Source of the DNA: Eledone cirrhosa
Taxonomy: Eukaryota
Length of the DNA: 64,000 nt
Assembly: GCA_964016885.1 (NCBI GenBank)
Contig: OZ024740.1
Location: forward strand, 119,536,001-119,600,000
Direction: 5' to 3'
Part shown: piece by piece, positions 24,564 through 38,900 of the stretch
Numbering within the stretch: position 1 is the first letter of the stretch
Layout: every line of letters begins with the position of its first letter
Notes under the pieces: model-generated
Told to the model about the DNA's origin: nothing
The model's database searches: none
What the model saw: only the letters and a program-made list of their open reading frames with translations
Translations under genes and position numbers: made by a program

Positions 24564-24832
24564 TTAGAAATAAAAGGAAAGCACAAACAGGGGACAGTCT
24601 CTTCTTCGGTTGTCTGCTGAAGATCACGGACATTTCAACGCATTAAATACAATATGTCTAACTCCAATCCGTCAATAACTTGTGAAAGTTATTGGGGAAG
24701 GAAAAAAGGAGTGAGAAAAAAATTAAACGGAAGGGGGAAAAAGGAAAACAAAAACGCAGAGAACATACCGAAAAAAGGGGACACACACACGGGAGAAGCA
24801 CATGTATGTAAGTAACCGGGAGAGAAAGAGTG

Positions 24833-24895
<63 letters not shown>

Positions 24896-25339
24896 CTGTC
24901 GAAACGGCTTGAGCTCTGCCGTCGGGGTCATATATTTTCCTATTATCAACTCTACTACCCTAAGTATTGAGTACTCTGGTGTGTTATGGTCCATCTGGCT
25001 CCTTACCACAATTCCTTCGTATATATATATATGGCGACAAGGAACAATGCATGGCCACGACTCTCCTATCTAAATATAATATTATCACCGAATACTTTCA
25101 CTATTCCCTGACTAGTAGAACCATAACATCACTTTAATGAAGTAAATCTGATTTTCACCAACAAACCACGTGTAGACATGAATGAAAAAAAAATCACTAC
25201 ATCCCGCTGGGATTACAGTAAGTACATCCCAAATTCTATAAACAACAATATACACACAGATTTATATGTAGATACATACGACGCACGCATATAGACACAA
25301 AGGGAAAAGAAATCACACTATTTCGTGTGAGAGACACTA

Positions 25340-26886
25340 TAGCGGCCATCGTACGTACATTATAAAACCACCTGGACACTTACTTCATTTCTTACCAACA
25401 TACATCTTTTAATTATATATACGTGTGCAGAGCTTTTTGTATACACACACAATACTTAGAAAAACGGAAACCAAAAAAACTAATATTTTATTTATCTCGT
25501 TAACAAGTGTGCTAAACTTACGCAGCATATCTATTTGTTTACCTTTTGTTCTACTGTACGGGTGGATAGACAGAACAAAATTGGCATAGCGACATCCATG
25601 GATGAAGTGTGTGTTAAAACTGGTCGTTGTTCCAAAATAGAATATTGCCCAGAAAATCACGTCTGTCATCTATGTACAGAACCCGTGAACTCCTTCCGAA
25701 ATCGATGGGCTGAATGTGGTAAATGTTGTTTCTGCCTGCCTTTAATGTGCCACAAACTTTCAAAAAAAGTGACACCACGTTTCTATGACGGATGGACTCT
25801 GGGAAATGGTACAGCTACCAAATTGATCCTTTCAGTGTCTGGCCTGTGTGTCTGCCTCTACCATTGCTGTTGAACAACAACAAAAAACAACGGTTGTGTC
25901 TCCCTCTAACATTCCTGTTGAAAAACATCATCAACAACAGCAAACCATGTCTTTTTCTCCGGTTACTTCTCAAGAGCAACAACAAAAATCGACCATCAAT
26001 ATAGTGTTTGCAGAAATACAACAAATGATTTCTGCTTTAAGCCGAGAAATAACAGGAATCAAATCAAATGTTCGTGTAGAACCTCACAATGAGGGATCTT
26101 ATTGGAATGCCTTGCGAAAAATCTGCCTGTAGCTCTTGCCACTGAATCTGTCACCCACGAAGTAATTGCCATTGGTGTATCAGAAGACATAGCTGATCTA
26201 CAGGCATTTGCTGCCAGAAAGCCGAGGCTGTCTTGGCATCACTCAGCAAGTCTTTGTCAGCCGCTCTCCAGCTATCCATTTAAAGCTGTATATAGCTATG
26301 GTGCAACCACACTTAGAATTTACAACACCAGTCTGGAACCCCTATCTTGCTCAGAACATTGACCTCCTGGAAACTGTTCAGAGAGGTGCAACAAAGCAAA
26401 TACCCTCCATCAGACATCTACCACATTCTGAACGCCTTCCTTTCCTAGGAATAGATATATTGAAGCAGCAATGTCTGGCAACTGACTTGGTAAACACCCA
26501 ACAAATTATTAACCATATTGCCAACAACAACACTGAGCACCTTTTTGAATTGCATGTGTCTAATATCTGTGGGCATGCCTACAGAGTCAGAAAACAGCAC
26601 ATCTATGACTTTCAGAAACATTTTTTCATGCTCAGAGTTGCTGAAGCATGGTACAAACTACCTGCATCAGTTGTTAGCTGCCGGGACACTTGATCCTTTA
26701 AAATCTCCATGTTTCCTGAAATTTACCAACACTACACCTGATATGTCCTCTCCATACACATATACACATGTGTATCATGACTCATATACTGTTCACTTTC
26801 CTGACATTTGTACATTATTCTACGTCTACGTACTATACATGCACATTTGATGAGTTGCAGTGCACCTGAGCACTGTACACAAACAT

Positions 26887-26890
<4 letters not shown>
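25340..26890 (+). mobile_element. Internally deleted CR1-like LINE: ORF1 PHD-like relic joined to ORF2 C-terminus and 3'UTR
   Basis: 25660-25830 CHLC...WAECGKC...C..W, then a coiled-coil-like segment; 26208..26693 LYIAMVQPHLEF..PVWNPY...LETVQRGATK...FFMLRVAEAWYKLP. The ORF2 part is solid; linkage to ORF1 is inferred. Confidence 0.7.
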
Positions 26891-26926
<36 letters not shown>

Positions 26927-28244
26927 CATATATATATAATACCCTGTTTTCTATTATGCTGCCCTCTCAGAAGAAGGTCTAAACTGTTAAGTTGTCCATA
27001 TTTACTCACTAAATCCGGTAAGCTAACCGGTTTGACAGATGTAAAATATTCTTTCAATCACATTACTCACTAAATACACTTCTCTCAAATAATATCTGGC
27101 AGGCATATTAATAATGTGAGCTTCCACATCTTGCTGCAAAATAATTGTACAAGTAATTTCACTGACTTGCAACTGCAAACAGACAAGATTTCTAATCATT
27201 GAGGTATAATTGATAGCATTGAATACGTTCTCAAAGAAAGGAAAAGATAGCTCCAAGCTACAAATGCTGTAAATCCCATTCATTCTATAACAGATGGTTG
27301 AAAGGAGATTAATTACCAATAAATTCTTTATTTCTATGAAAGATATTACAAATGATTCTGTTTTTAGGACACCATCTTCTAAAAATAGTAACTAATAATT
27401 CTCTTCTCTTACTTTCTTCCCTTAGAAATCTAGAAAGTGGTATAAACAGATAGATGGATAGACATTTCCATTTAACGATGGTAAAGAAGTAAGATATCTT
27501 ATCTCCATGTTGTTCGAAGTATTACTCATAATATTTGCTGCTTCCCATCCATTTCTTTTAAAGAAAACAGTTTTCCCCCTCAAGTCATTCCCTAAAATAA
27601 ATTCACTTTTCTTTTAGATTTCTAAATTTCTATGCTTAGTACTTTGAAATTTTCTCTATACGATCATTTCTTTGTGAAATAATTCCACTCAAAATTAAAA
27701 ATAAAAGATTAATAAAAATATAAACAAGCAAGAGAAACATTTCTTTAAAACAATTTATATTAGATTACAATTCAGAAATTAAATTAAATCATTGTATATA
27801 AAAAAGATGTAAAAATACAAGCAAAAGTTTTATAATGGTAATCACGCTTAAATGCTAATACAGATGCACACATCTCTCTCACTCTTCTCTCTCTTTTATA
27901 CTCACACTCACGCACACACGCACACACTCACACACACTCGTCTCTTATACACAAACATGCATACATTGGTATTCACATGTGCATATAAATTTACAGACAT
28001 CAATACACACAAAATGCATAAAAAATTATTTCAGTAAAAGAAATCAATGAAAATAATAAATAGAAATTCACAAAAAATATCTTTTACCTACTATAAAAAC
28101 CAAAACGTAGACAGCAAAGAAAATAAATAAATAAAAGTAAGAAAAAAAACTGATATTCATCCAGTAAAAGCTAAGAAAATTAAAATACTAAAAATATCTT
28201 TGATGACCATGAAATAGAAAACTGTAAATACTAAACTTAAAAAG

Positions 28245-28320
<76 letters not shown>

Positions 28321-29559
28321 ATATAGATATAGATATAGTTAAAATGGGGAAGAATATACAAGAGAAAAATCAAAAATAAAGAAAAGGAAAATAACTTTTA
28401 TATCTAAAATACTAGTGGAAGCTATCCGAATGTTTGCAAATCTTAAAAGGTTGTGAAGCAAAATGAAAGAAGAGTTACATAAATCAATAACAAAAAAACA
28501 AGATGGAAAATTTTGAAGAAAAGCAGCTATATGAATAAGTTGAATAAGAAACAAATTCAGCAAATTTAAAACCTCACATAAGAGAATAGTCAAAATATGA
28601 GAAATTCAAACACTTGCATGGAATTTCAATTGCAAGTTAAGTAAATACACGAACTGCTCCCTCACTGAAATTGAATGGTCTGCTTTGTTGATTATTATAT
28701 TCTGAGCTTTTTTTATCTTCCCTCTTTAGATACATAGTTCCAGGAGAAAGAACAAAGTCTATGGCCTCATGGAATCCTCCAGTATTAGAAAGAAGCTTGC
28801 AGATTAAAATATTTAATATTGGTTTCTTTACTTTAGACACAACAGCTCGATATTATTAGGGAGTGGAAAAGAAAACGTTGCACAGTCAAGTAATTGACTT
28901 TAAAAAGAAATTGAAACCACATTTCAACCTCAGCTAACCAGCTGCTCTACAAAACGTACCACAAGATATTTAATATTTACTTTGAATTATGATAGATAAA
29001 TAGAAAGATGAAGGGAGTGGGTGCCAAGGTGATGTTTCTTAAACAGAATTAAGTGCAATTCTCCCCTATCTCTCTCTTTCTAAATCGAGATGTATGATCA
29101 TCAGCATTTTACATCTACTTTCCTGGTCGAATCAGGGTGGACACTGTCTGTCTGTATGTATGTATGTTCTTCTGGTTTTATAATTTCACAAATGTTTGCC
29201 AATAGAGATAGAGAGTCGGTTTCTAGCATAGATACAAGACTCTTTCATTGGAATTTACACAATATCAACTATGGAGATATGTCTGCATGTCTGCATGTGC
29301 TGGTATGGATGTTATTGTATGTGGATGTTTTGAGTTATAAGTGTGCATGTTCATATGCTTTGTATCTGTACAAGTGTATATGCAGTTATTAGATGCAGAA
29401 TTATACACATTTTTAATATGTAGACCCACCTTCCATACGTGCAAGGTTAACCTACAGTCAGTAGGCACCTCTTAACCAAATATACACCCCAACACACCAC
29501 CCCTACTCCATCCCCCCACTCCTGCCAACACCACCCTTTCTCTATAAAGTTATGTTGGT

Positions 29560-29842
29560 ACAATGGAACATCCAGTCCAAACTAAATAGGTCATGTAGGT
29601 GTCACAACAAAAAAAACACACAGTCCACGCTGTAATGTGGCTATGTAGGTAACACGGTAAAAAGCTCCCAGTCCACACTGTAAATGTAGTTGGTATTAGG
29701 AAGGGCATCCAGCCATAGAAAAGCTGCCAGATAGTCCTATACGAGCGAGACATCGTCACCCAACTAATCTTGCCTCAAGTGGGACAACTCCCTTCTAACC
29801 CATGCTAGCGTGGAAGATAGACGTTAAACAATGATGATGATG
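29560..29842 (+). mobile_element. RTE 3'UTR/tail copy
   Basis: Matches 6760-7013 including gttggtattaggaagggcatccagcc and catgctagcgtggaag...gatgatg. Confidence 0.8.
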
Positions 29843-32800
29843 TAAATATGCCAGAAAATAGGAATTTCCTTGTAAATTGAGAAAATCATAAACACCTTTA
29901 ATCGATTTTCTGACCTAGCTGTGTCCTAATCAGAAGGCATGTATATCATTTAAACAACCACAAGGAAATGTTACAAGGATCCAATCAGATTCAGCTGTTG
30001 AGTGCAAATCGATGTTTTGCACTCAACTTTTGTTTTGCGTCCTTTCATTGACCTCTGTGTTTATTTTACTATTTTCTTGTTTCCCTGCACAATTCTTTTC
30101 ATGTGTATAATGATACATAATGTGATGCAGAACTTGCTTTATACTCTAAAATTCTTATTTCTCTGTGACCTGCCAGTTGAATTGCCTTCTTCATCTTTTC
30201 CATTGACATGTTCTTTGTAGCCATCTCCCAATACACTTCAGCTTCATCTTTACACTTCTGGTCTTATCTAGTAGACACAGTTTTTCTGTCTTGAATTTGC
30301 TAGTGGATAGACGTGTTTTAATGTCTCTATCTATCTATCTCCCTCTTTTCTCTCTCAAACCAATGTACTGTCCTAGGTCAAGTATCTGAAAAATGTGCTA
30401 CTATAGCTTCTCGAGCGTTATAACCCTGCTCAAACATTCTTACATTTATTTGAGATATCTTATTGTTTATGTTTACTGAATACCTGTTATTGCGTTGCTT
30501 AACTCAGTTAAGGATTTTCTATATGCTTTCGTTTACATATTTTGTTTTGGTTCGTTTTTATTTATTTTTTTATCAAATAACCTCGTATACAGTATTGATC
30601 TTGCTCTTATTGTTGAAATTACAATGGTCCAACCAGAGCTAGCTGATGAGGAGGTATAATTATTTCTTGCTATTTTGCTTCACTTAATTGGTCTCTCTGC
30701 GTTAATTATTTTATTTTGTTTAAAATATGTTGAAAGAATAACATTAATTACAATATGCTCAAAACTTATTAACCATTTTTTAAGAATATAAACGACTGAA
30801 ATTGTTCCAGAGTACAGATATATTTACGTATATGTTTAAAAGATAAAATTATATGTTTCTCCTGTGCAGAATAAGACGAGAACTTTGATGAAGACCGATT
30901 ATAAGAAGGAGAAGAGTTTGGAATAGGAATGAGTACAGAAAAAAAGAAAGGGTCATGTAAAATAATGGATGGTTTGAAAGGTGGAAAACACAGCAAGAAA
31001 ATATTATGTACAAACCTCTTAAATTTGTTAATGATGAGATAAAGTTGCTGATTTTTTTCATTCTAAGTTAATGAGTGGTGTGGACTAAAACATAATGACC
31101 AACATTTGTTGTTGAATATTCACCTAAAGGGATTTATAACATAGATGATATAGGAACTTATCTTCATGTAATGCTGGAATGCACTTATTTTTTAAAAATT
31201 AATATAACATGATTAAAACCTCAAAATATTTATTTACAGTCCCAGGTTTTCACTAATATGAAGAGACTGAAATAACACTTCTTGTGTCAGGATGATATAA
31301 CCATAAGTAGTATTTTTGGAATGTCAAACATTTTTGTTTTCATTACTGTTCTAATGCATTTTTCATGACAACATTTGTTTTTATAAACCAATCCCGTAAG
31401 TTGGGTTTCGAATTAAACTGGAAAATTATCGATTTTGTGCACAATTGTGTGACACAAAAATAGTATGTCATTGTTTGCTACGGATTGGGTCTCTGTCAAT
31501 GATTTGCTTACCCAGTCCTCAAGTCTTGGTCTATTTGACATTATTCTAAGTAAGAACCTGCTTGATCGATTGATCTTACAACACTTTTGGCATAGTTATG
31601 GATTGTCTATCTTGGGAAGTGCTATGATCCACAACGGAGTCCATAGTACCAGACATCCAATAGTCTACTAGATGCCAATTGCCACTTCTCAGTAGTTCAG
31701 CAGATATGTTCCATTTTGTAATTTGATGTCCTTACTATTTGTAGATTATAAGTATATCTATACATTAATTGTATCAGTACATATGTTATGGTAACATATA
31801 TTTTAATTTATTTCCGAATTCAAATGTTGCATCAATTCACTTCTTTTTACATTTTGTGAATTCCTTTGATTGTTTTATATTATTCACTGCAATAAAGGAT
31901 AGAGTCCAGCAGATAAATATATCAGATGGTGTGGAATTGTAAGTTGTATTGAAATTTGATTGTGCATATGTTTTACATATATGCTGATATTTATATAAGT
32001 TTATGATATTAAAACAGGAAAATTACACGACAAAGTTTTACTTAAATCATGCATTATCATATCTTCAATATCTTCTTTTTGCAAATTATTATTAATTAAT
32101 TTTACGTGTATCTTGTTACCACCTATTATATTGATCAATTTAACTCTAAACTGTAGATTACAAAGATAATTCCTGAAATTATATTAAGTCGTAAAGATTT
32201 TCTCTCCGACTTGATATCTATAAATTATAGCCTGTTTGTATCTTATGAATGTTTTAAATGGATGGAGCGTTGTTTCTATACATATTTTCTTTTCAAAACA
32301 TTGTCTGTAAAAGAGAAAATGTTTTAAGTTTCAAAATATTTCTAAAACAAACCTTTGTATAATTTTATTTAGTTTCAACCACATTGCAATGTATTCTATA
32401 TTCAAAATCTTAGTCAAATAAATTAAAATTATTCCTTCTTTACATCCAATTCATTTTAATTCTTTATATGTGATTATACACTTCCAAAGTCTTAGCAACG
32501 CACTATCATATAATGTCACCGATTTAATGTATCTTAAACACACACTTAACTCATTCAGAGTCTGTAAAATGTTTTTATAGATACATTTCGAAATTTTATT
32601 CAATCACATTAAATTATTTTCATTTTATCAAATATTAACATCATACTGAAATAAAGTATTAACAGTTGATTTTATTTTAGTGGTAAACCCTACAGTGAAT
32701 AAACTTAAACGATCAGTCTGAATTATTATAATTGATTCTAAAATGTATATAAGGAGTAGTGAAGTTTGTATGAAAGATTTTGGGATATGTAGGATAGTTT

Positions 32801-33589
32801 GTTTGAGAAAAGCTGTAGCAAAACAAATTAAACTTTAAATATCAGTAATTACAATAATAAAGATACTGAAATGGTACATCAAATATTTAATTGGTTCTTA
32901 TATTTCCAGTAAAATAAACGAGAAGAAAATTATTTTACATCTGTTAGGTTGGCATATCACATTTCAAAATAAATGCATTGAGAGAACTAGGAAGGAAATA
33001 AATTATAAAAAATATATATATAATTCTTTCTCGAATGTTCTCTTAATATTGTAACAGATTCTTTTATCCGAAATATGGTATTTACCAGTGTTCCACTGGT
33101 TTTCGCTTTTCCACCCCTATTGATTTCAATGTCTCACAATTTTCACCATGATATATAGCTTTCTTCTTCTTGCCTTTTTGCCTTCTTTTTTTTCTTTTTT
33201 CCCTTTTTTTCACTCATGAGAGTTTCATGTATTTAAGAGGCACAATACCTTTCTCTTGTCATCACATGAAGTTGTGTGTACTTGCCATAGCTTAATTGCT
33301 ATAAGTTACTGTTCTGTCTCGTCTCTTATTACATAGGGCAGCGCTTTGAATTGTGTCAGATGCTGTGACCCCGCATGCAGCAGCAGTACTATTGTTAGGG
33401 GTTGAAACTGCCAAAGTCCATATCAACGGCCGATGACCCTGGAGCCCTGTGACTTTTGTTTGCATTTTTATTTTCAAAAAATATTTCTTTTAAGATTTCC
33501 TTTTAAAAAAATGTTTTGCCTTGTTTTCGTACTTTGTTTTGTACTCTTTGTCGATTTTGTATATTTTATGACCACATAGCACCTTTCCC

Positions 33590-35400
33590 ATACCATGAAC
33601 TACCGAAACCTAAACCCAAACCCAACACGAGTCGAAGGGAATGGGAGATTATCCACGAATTAAAAAGACAATATTGACATTGTAATTAAGGAAGCCAACA
33701 AGGGAAGTATTGTCGTCATTATGGATGCTGAACAGTGTAAACATTCTGTATTATCTCTCTTACAAGACACTAACTACTATGAAAGAGTAAAAAACTACCA
33801 GCAATCAAAAACGATGACCAGATTAAACACAATCATTTGTCAATACCAGGAAGACTTAACTAAAAAGGAACGCGATTATTTAACATATTTTGAATACAAA
33901 ATCAGCAACCTTTACGGACTTCCGAAGATCCACAAATGTAAAATAATCAACGATGCCTGTAAAGAATTTACCTCAACCTGCGTGAACACACAACAATCCC
34001 ACTGACCTTAAATTAAGACCAATTGTAGCGGACCCGCAATGTGAAACACACAGACTAAGCAACTTTATAGGCATACTACTAAAACTAATTCTCAAACATA
34101 TACCAAGCCTTGTAAGAGACGATCTGGACCTCTTAAACCACCTCCCCAAACATGTCAACAATAACACTATTATTGTGTCTTTCGATGTAGTGAATCTCTA
34201 CACAACGATCTCACACCAATGCAGACTAGAAGCAATAGGATTCTGGCTAGAGAAATATCCCAATGAGATACCTGACAGAATAGAAAAAGAGCTTCATCAC
34301 CGAGGGATGGAAATTTATTTTACAGAACAACTTTTTTGATTTCGATGGCAGCACCTACAAGCAAATTTTGGGGACTGCGATGGGTACAAAAGTCGCTCCA
34401 ACTTATGCTAACTTAGTCAATGCATACTTGTAAGTCCAGATTTATGAACACACCAAATCAAAATACGGCTTGAACTTCCACAAATATTTATCAGAGAATT
34501 GGAAACCCTACTTGGATGACTGCCTTATTCTTTGGTTTCACAAACTAAACGATTTCAAAAATTCAATTAACGGCATCAATAACCACACCCAATTCACAAA
34601 GGAATACAGCCAAGATCAACTCCCATTTCTGGACATCTTAATCATAAAAAAGACACAAATATTGAAACTGTCATTCACTATAAACCAACAGATTCCAAAC
34701 AATACCTGCTATTCACTTCCAACCATCTAAATCACATGAAGACGAACATTCCTTTTAATCTAGCAAGAAGAATTTGCAAAATTGTCTCCAATTATGAAAC
34801 ACGAAATAAACGACTTCAAGAATTAAAGGAAATTCTGCTCGAAAGACAGTACCCACCATTACTAATATATAATGTAATAGAGAGGGCTAAAGCAATAGAC
34901 ATTGATGAATTACGAAAACAGAAACAAATTCAAGGTACGTCCAATATTCTATGATATATCTCAACACACAACCCAAGAAATACGGAAGCATACATCATCA
35001 TTTACAAGAACATCCCACTATTGAAACAAAACCCAAGAACGAAAAAAGCACTTGAAACACAAAATAATGAAAAGCAAAAGACAACCTAAATCACTAAAAA
35101 TATTACTCACCAATGCCAGATTACCTACCACAAACCCACAACAAAATGTCAAAAAATATGGTCTATCTAATTGCAGAACTTGCACTCACCTCATTGGAGG
35201 CACCTTGTATACATTTCAATCAGGACAACATTTTGTTGTAAAAAATCACTTCACTTGCTCATCAAAAAATTTACTTTTTGCCATTTAATGTAAAGGATGC
35301 AATGAAGATTATATAGGGCAAACTAAGCTCACACTCAGAAACAGAATGACAATTCATCGCCAACAATTACGAGACCTTACCACAAGACAGATACCACTCA
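33590..35400 (+). mobile_element. Degenerate Penelope-like element (RT plus GIY-YIG), frameshifted
   Basis: IKEANKGSIVVIMD, LYGLPKIHK, LRPIVA, VSFDVVNLYT, GTAMGTKVAPTYANL, YLDD, LPFLDI, IPFNLARRI, FAI*CKGCNEDYIGQTKLTLRNRMTIHRQQ. Confidence 0.9.
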
Positions 35401-36169
35401 TACACACACACACACACATAACATCCATACACACTCATAACTTCCTCCCCCATTTCTACTAATGGAATCATTTTCCTACACACACACACACGCACAGCAG
35501 CACTCAAATTTCTTTATTTCAATAGAAAGGCTGTTGACACCTCAGCACATCAGCCATACTCACTGAACCAGAAACATTCTCCCCATCCCTTTTTTCTTGA
35601 CCATTATCTTTTGTTTTGCACAAAACTCTCTATGACAAATCACAGCTACAAAGAACCTTTAATGTACTTATTCACATGACAGTCATAACCAATCAAATTA
35701 CATTTATAAAAAAAAACATTTTTGAGCTACTTTTTAAAGTGAAAATATCAATAAAGAATCCTCAAACACGAACTGGCGTGACTACATCAACCAAATTTCA
35801 CTCATATATGAAAAAAAATCTGAGCCCCTCCCCCTTTTTTAAAGGCAAATACAATAAAAACTTTGTAACGCGAACTGGTGCGAAATTTATTATACTTATT
35901 CACGTGACAGTCATCAACCAACCAAATTACTTTTCTAAAAAACCTAGCATTTCGAGACACTTTTTTCCACATAAAACAGAAGTAACATTTGAACACCAAC
36001 CAGATGCGAGAAGCATAAGAACTGTGAAACCGGTAAAGGAAACGAAAAATATTCTTAAAAAGTTGCATTTCGATTTCATCTTTTTTCCTTATACTTTCAC
36101 TCGTGTAGGACATCTCGTTTTTTTTCATTTTGAAAAAACCCTCATTTTCTTATATATATATAATAGTAT

Positions 36170-37173
36170 GAACACTGGTGGGTTATATCCGTTGTAGTAG
36201 AGCACTCAGTCCATGGGATAAGATTGTGAGATTGGTAGAACTAGTTCCACAACAGTTGGTTCACCATTACCGAGAACAATTGTTTCACCCTATTCGGATC
36301 CTCAGCTAGGTTTAAATGAGGCTGTATGAAAAAGGAGAATCAACTGTACGAATACACATGTGCAGAAACAGTCACTTCCCCAGGTGGAGATCAATCCCCG
36401 ATAGATTGATGTGAGGGAGATAATTGTGCATGATCGAAATAAATTATTCATGTTATTCAGAATATTATAGATTGTTCATGTTCGTCAATTTGGAGATTAT
36501 AATTATGTAATCGGTATTTCCAAACGTGTGGACAACGTGAAAAAAGTTCATTCCTTGAATTTAGACGAGCACTATTACGTCAACTTCTCAGGATATTGAT
36601 TCTTTCTTCAATGCACAGCCCATAATTCAGATTCCCATTTCAGTATGGCATAGACTTAGTAATAACTTTCCATTGGATGGAGTAATCGATACGTGGCTCG
36701 CGAGCTTCATAGACGATCGTTTTTCCGGGTATCTGAAGGTCGACTGATGATTCCTTAAACCGGCCTTCCGCCATACCTACATAGGATTTAACCTCTTGTT
36801 GATTTGGTCGGTTAGAAGTGACTACAGCTTTGTAAATTACTGTGTGTGTGTGTGTGTTACATTGTTGTTGAAGGGGACAAGATCCAGGCCTTTGGCAAGA
36901 GCATCCTGGGTGGGTGCTGCTCTTAGGGCTGTTGGTGATGTGGGCCTTCATATTCTCAGAACAGGAGTATCCTAGTTTCACCCTGTGTCTGTTAAATATG
37001 AAGCGGTATTTGTGACCTATGGGGAAGTGTCTATCTAAGAGAGCTAAAAAATGTTGCCTACATTAGTTTTAACATTGAGTGAGAACCGATTTGTTTTTCT
37101 ATTAGCACAATTTCTTTTCCTATTGTTGTTGACGTTGGAGGGGAGTAAGCGATTGGTTGCGAGAACCCGCTGT

Positions 37174-37175
<2 letters not shown>
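36170..37175 (-). mobile_element. PLE 3' fragment (Naiad-like): linker, GIY-YIG domain and terminal repeat
   Basis: KTNVGNIF, VKLGYSCSENM, CSCQRPGSCPL...C, VIYKAVV...YVGMAEGRFK, LCIEER...LNSRNELFSRCPH; flanked by TA runs. Clade assignment is from motif memory. Confidence 0.8.
36269..36311 (-). ncRNA. Minimal type I hammerhead in the PLE terminal repeat
   Basis: ACCUAG CUGAGGA UCC gaaua GGG u GAAA CAAUUG UU CUCGGU; stem I 5/6 paired, palindromic stem III. Confidence 0.72.
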
Positions 37176-37231
<56 letters not shown>

Positions 37232-37404
37232 GATAAAAATCGATCATGGATATTCATTGTCCTTTCTGTTTATTATAAAAAACAGAGATAACCTATCTGT
37301 ATGCTGAAATGTTACAATAACATCACCTTACGTAATCATTTTATGTTAATGTTTTAATTAATTCTCTGATTGAACATGTTTGTTTAGGAACTAAAACAAT
37401 GACA

Positions 37405-37740
37405 GTCGATGCAGCATGTGGAAATGGATAAAGAGTATACTTCACACCCGTTATGTCCCGGGTTCAACCCATGTGGTTGGTATCGTCAGCATGGAATATT
37501 TCTCAAAACGTCAGGTTGACTATAACTTGTGAGTGAAACTGGGTAGTCAGAAACTCTTTGGAAACGCATGGGAATGAGCCTACATCTCAATGTCCCAGCA
37601 TTGTCACACGGTGGTTCGCGCTGGGTTTCCCCGAGAATTACGTTAAGTACACATGAAATGCTCAGCTACTTACTTGTTAAAATTATGTGCAGTCTTCTCA
37701 ATTGATAAACCAACTGGAAAACGCAGGGATCCATTCAGAA
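37405..37740 (+). mobile_element. Degenerate SINE-like repeat
   Basis: B-box-like gggttcaaccc and a cttgtgagtgaaactgggtag...gaaact body. Confidence 0.4.
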
Positions 37741-37869
37741 ATAGTGATTGCACTTAATGCAATAGAAGTGTATGAAGTCAGTCAAGCACTGACCTCATAC
37801 ACTTTGAATTGGATTTGAATTAAATCACATACTATGAAATCAGAAATATGACCTGTTAAACATCTTATT

Positions 37870-38900
37870 TTTCATCTTCTTCTTGGGATCGTAGGGGCAG
37901 ACTCCTCAAACGCTCCTGTCAGAAGCAGCCATCTCCAACTGATCCGGTTGGATCCCAAGCGAGACCAACCGAGCTCATGTATGGTATCCAACCATGCTCG
38001 GGTTCTAACCCTAGGTTCTCTACTAGCTGGTTTTACCCGTAAAATTTGTCCAGCGATTCTTTCCTGAGACATTTAAACCACATGATCATAGTATCAGAGC
38101 TGTGATCTCTCAATTCGGAGAAGTAGTGGCTCTACCCGGAGCAGCTCCCTGGCCTCTGAACTACGCAATCTGAAGAACCCCATTTCGACCACTTGTATTC
38201 ACGATCGTATTCCCCCGATTATTAGCCAAGATTTATAACTAAATGTAAGAGTTAGCATGCATACCGTATTGAAAATAATGAGTTTGCCTCATTACTTCAC
38301 TGTCTCTTTGTAAATCTTGCACTTAATTCAGCCTCCTGCATTTCATTACACATCAACATATTTGAACATTTCCACCTGATTCAGTGGAGTCTACTTGGCT
38401 GCAGAGTGCACTGCGTAGACTTCCTTGAGAGGACGAGTGTTTTCGTCTTCAGAGCACTTATTTTCATTTCTGCCGTCATCGAACCTATCAAGTGCATTTG
38501 GGAGATCACCTTCTAATGACTTAAGTAATACTATGTCGCCCACAAATTCCAGTCAACTGATCCTACACTTGCCAGTCTTTATAGCTATTCCAACCCGGCA
38601 CCACGTATCAATTCCGCACATAAAGATTATGAACATGAGAGGTGACAGTACACCTCCTTGGTGAAGTCGGATATCCGCATTGAATGGTTTCAAATTAGTT
38701 CTATTTATCCGAACACAAAAGCTAGGGCATTCATATAGAGACTCAAGGCAACAGGGAGCTGTCAATCGGTCCCACATTCCTACAAAACCTTCCGTGTAAC
38801 GCAGTCATATACTTTTTAGAATACACGTCCTATATTTTTTAGAATACACGTTTTGGCAATATTCCCACGATTTCTCAAAGACCTGCCGCATTTGAGGGCT
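37870..38900 (-). mobile_element. Degenerate RTE-type LINE (RT to 3' end)
   Basis: LHQGGVLSPLMFIIFM; RMSQERIAGQIL..KP..R.P.VRTRAWLD. Confidence 0.8.

Noticed and set aside
30592-30930. Possible small host exons (cag|...MVQPELADEE|gtataa and tgcag|NKTRTLMKTDYKKEKSLE*)
   Set aside because: Splice-like signals are present but the peptide is short with no recognisable homology; needs RNA-seq.
35616-36197. 193-aa ORF
   Set aside because: No recognisable motifs; spans an internally duplicated AT-rich repeat (35665-35701 / 35893-35930) and overlaps the PLE terminus.
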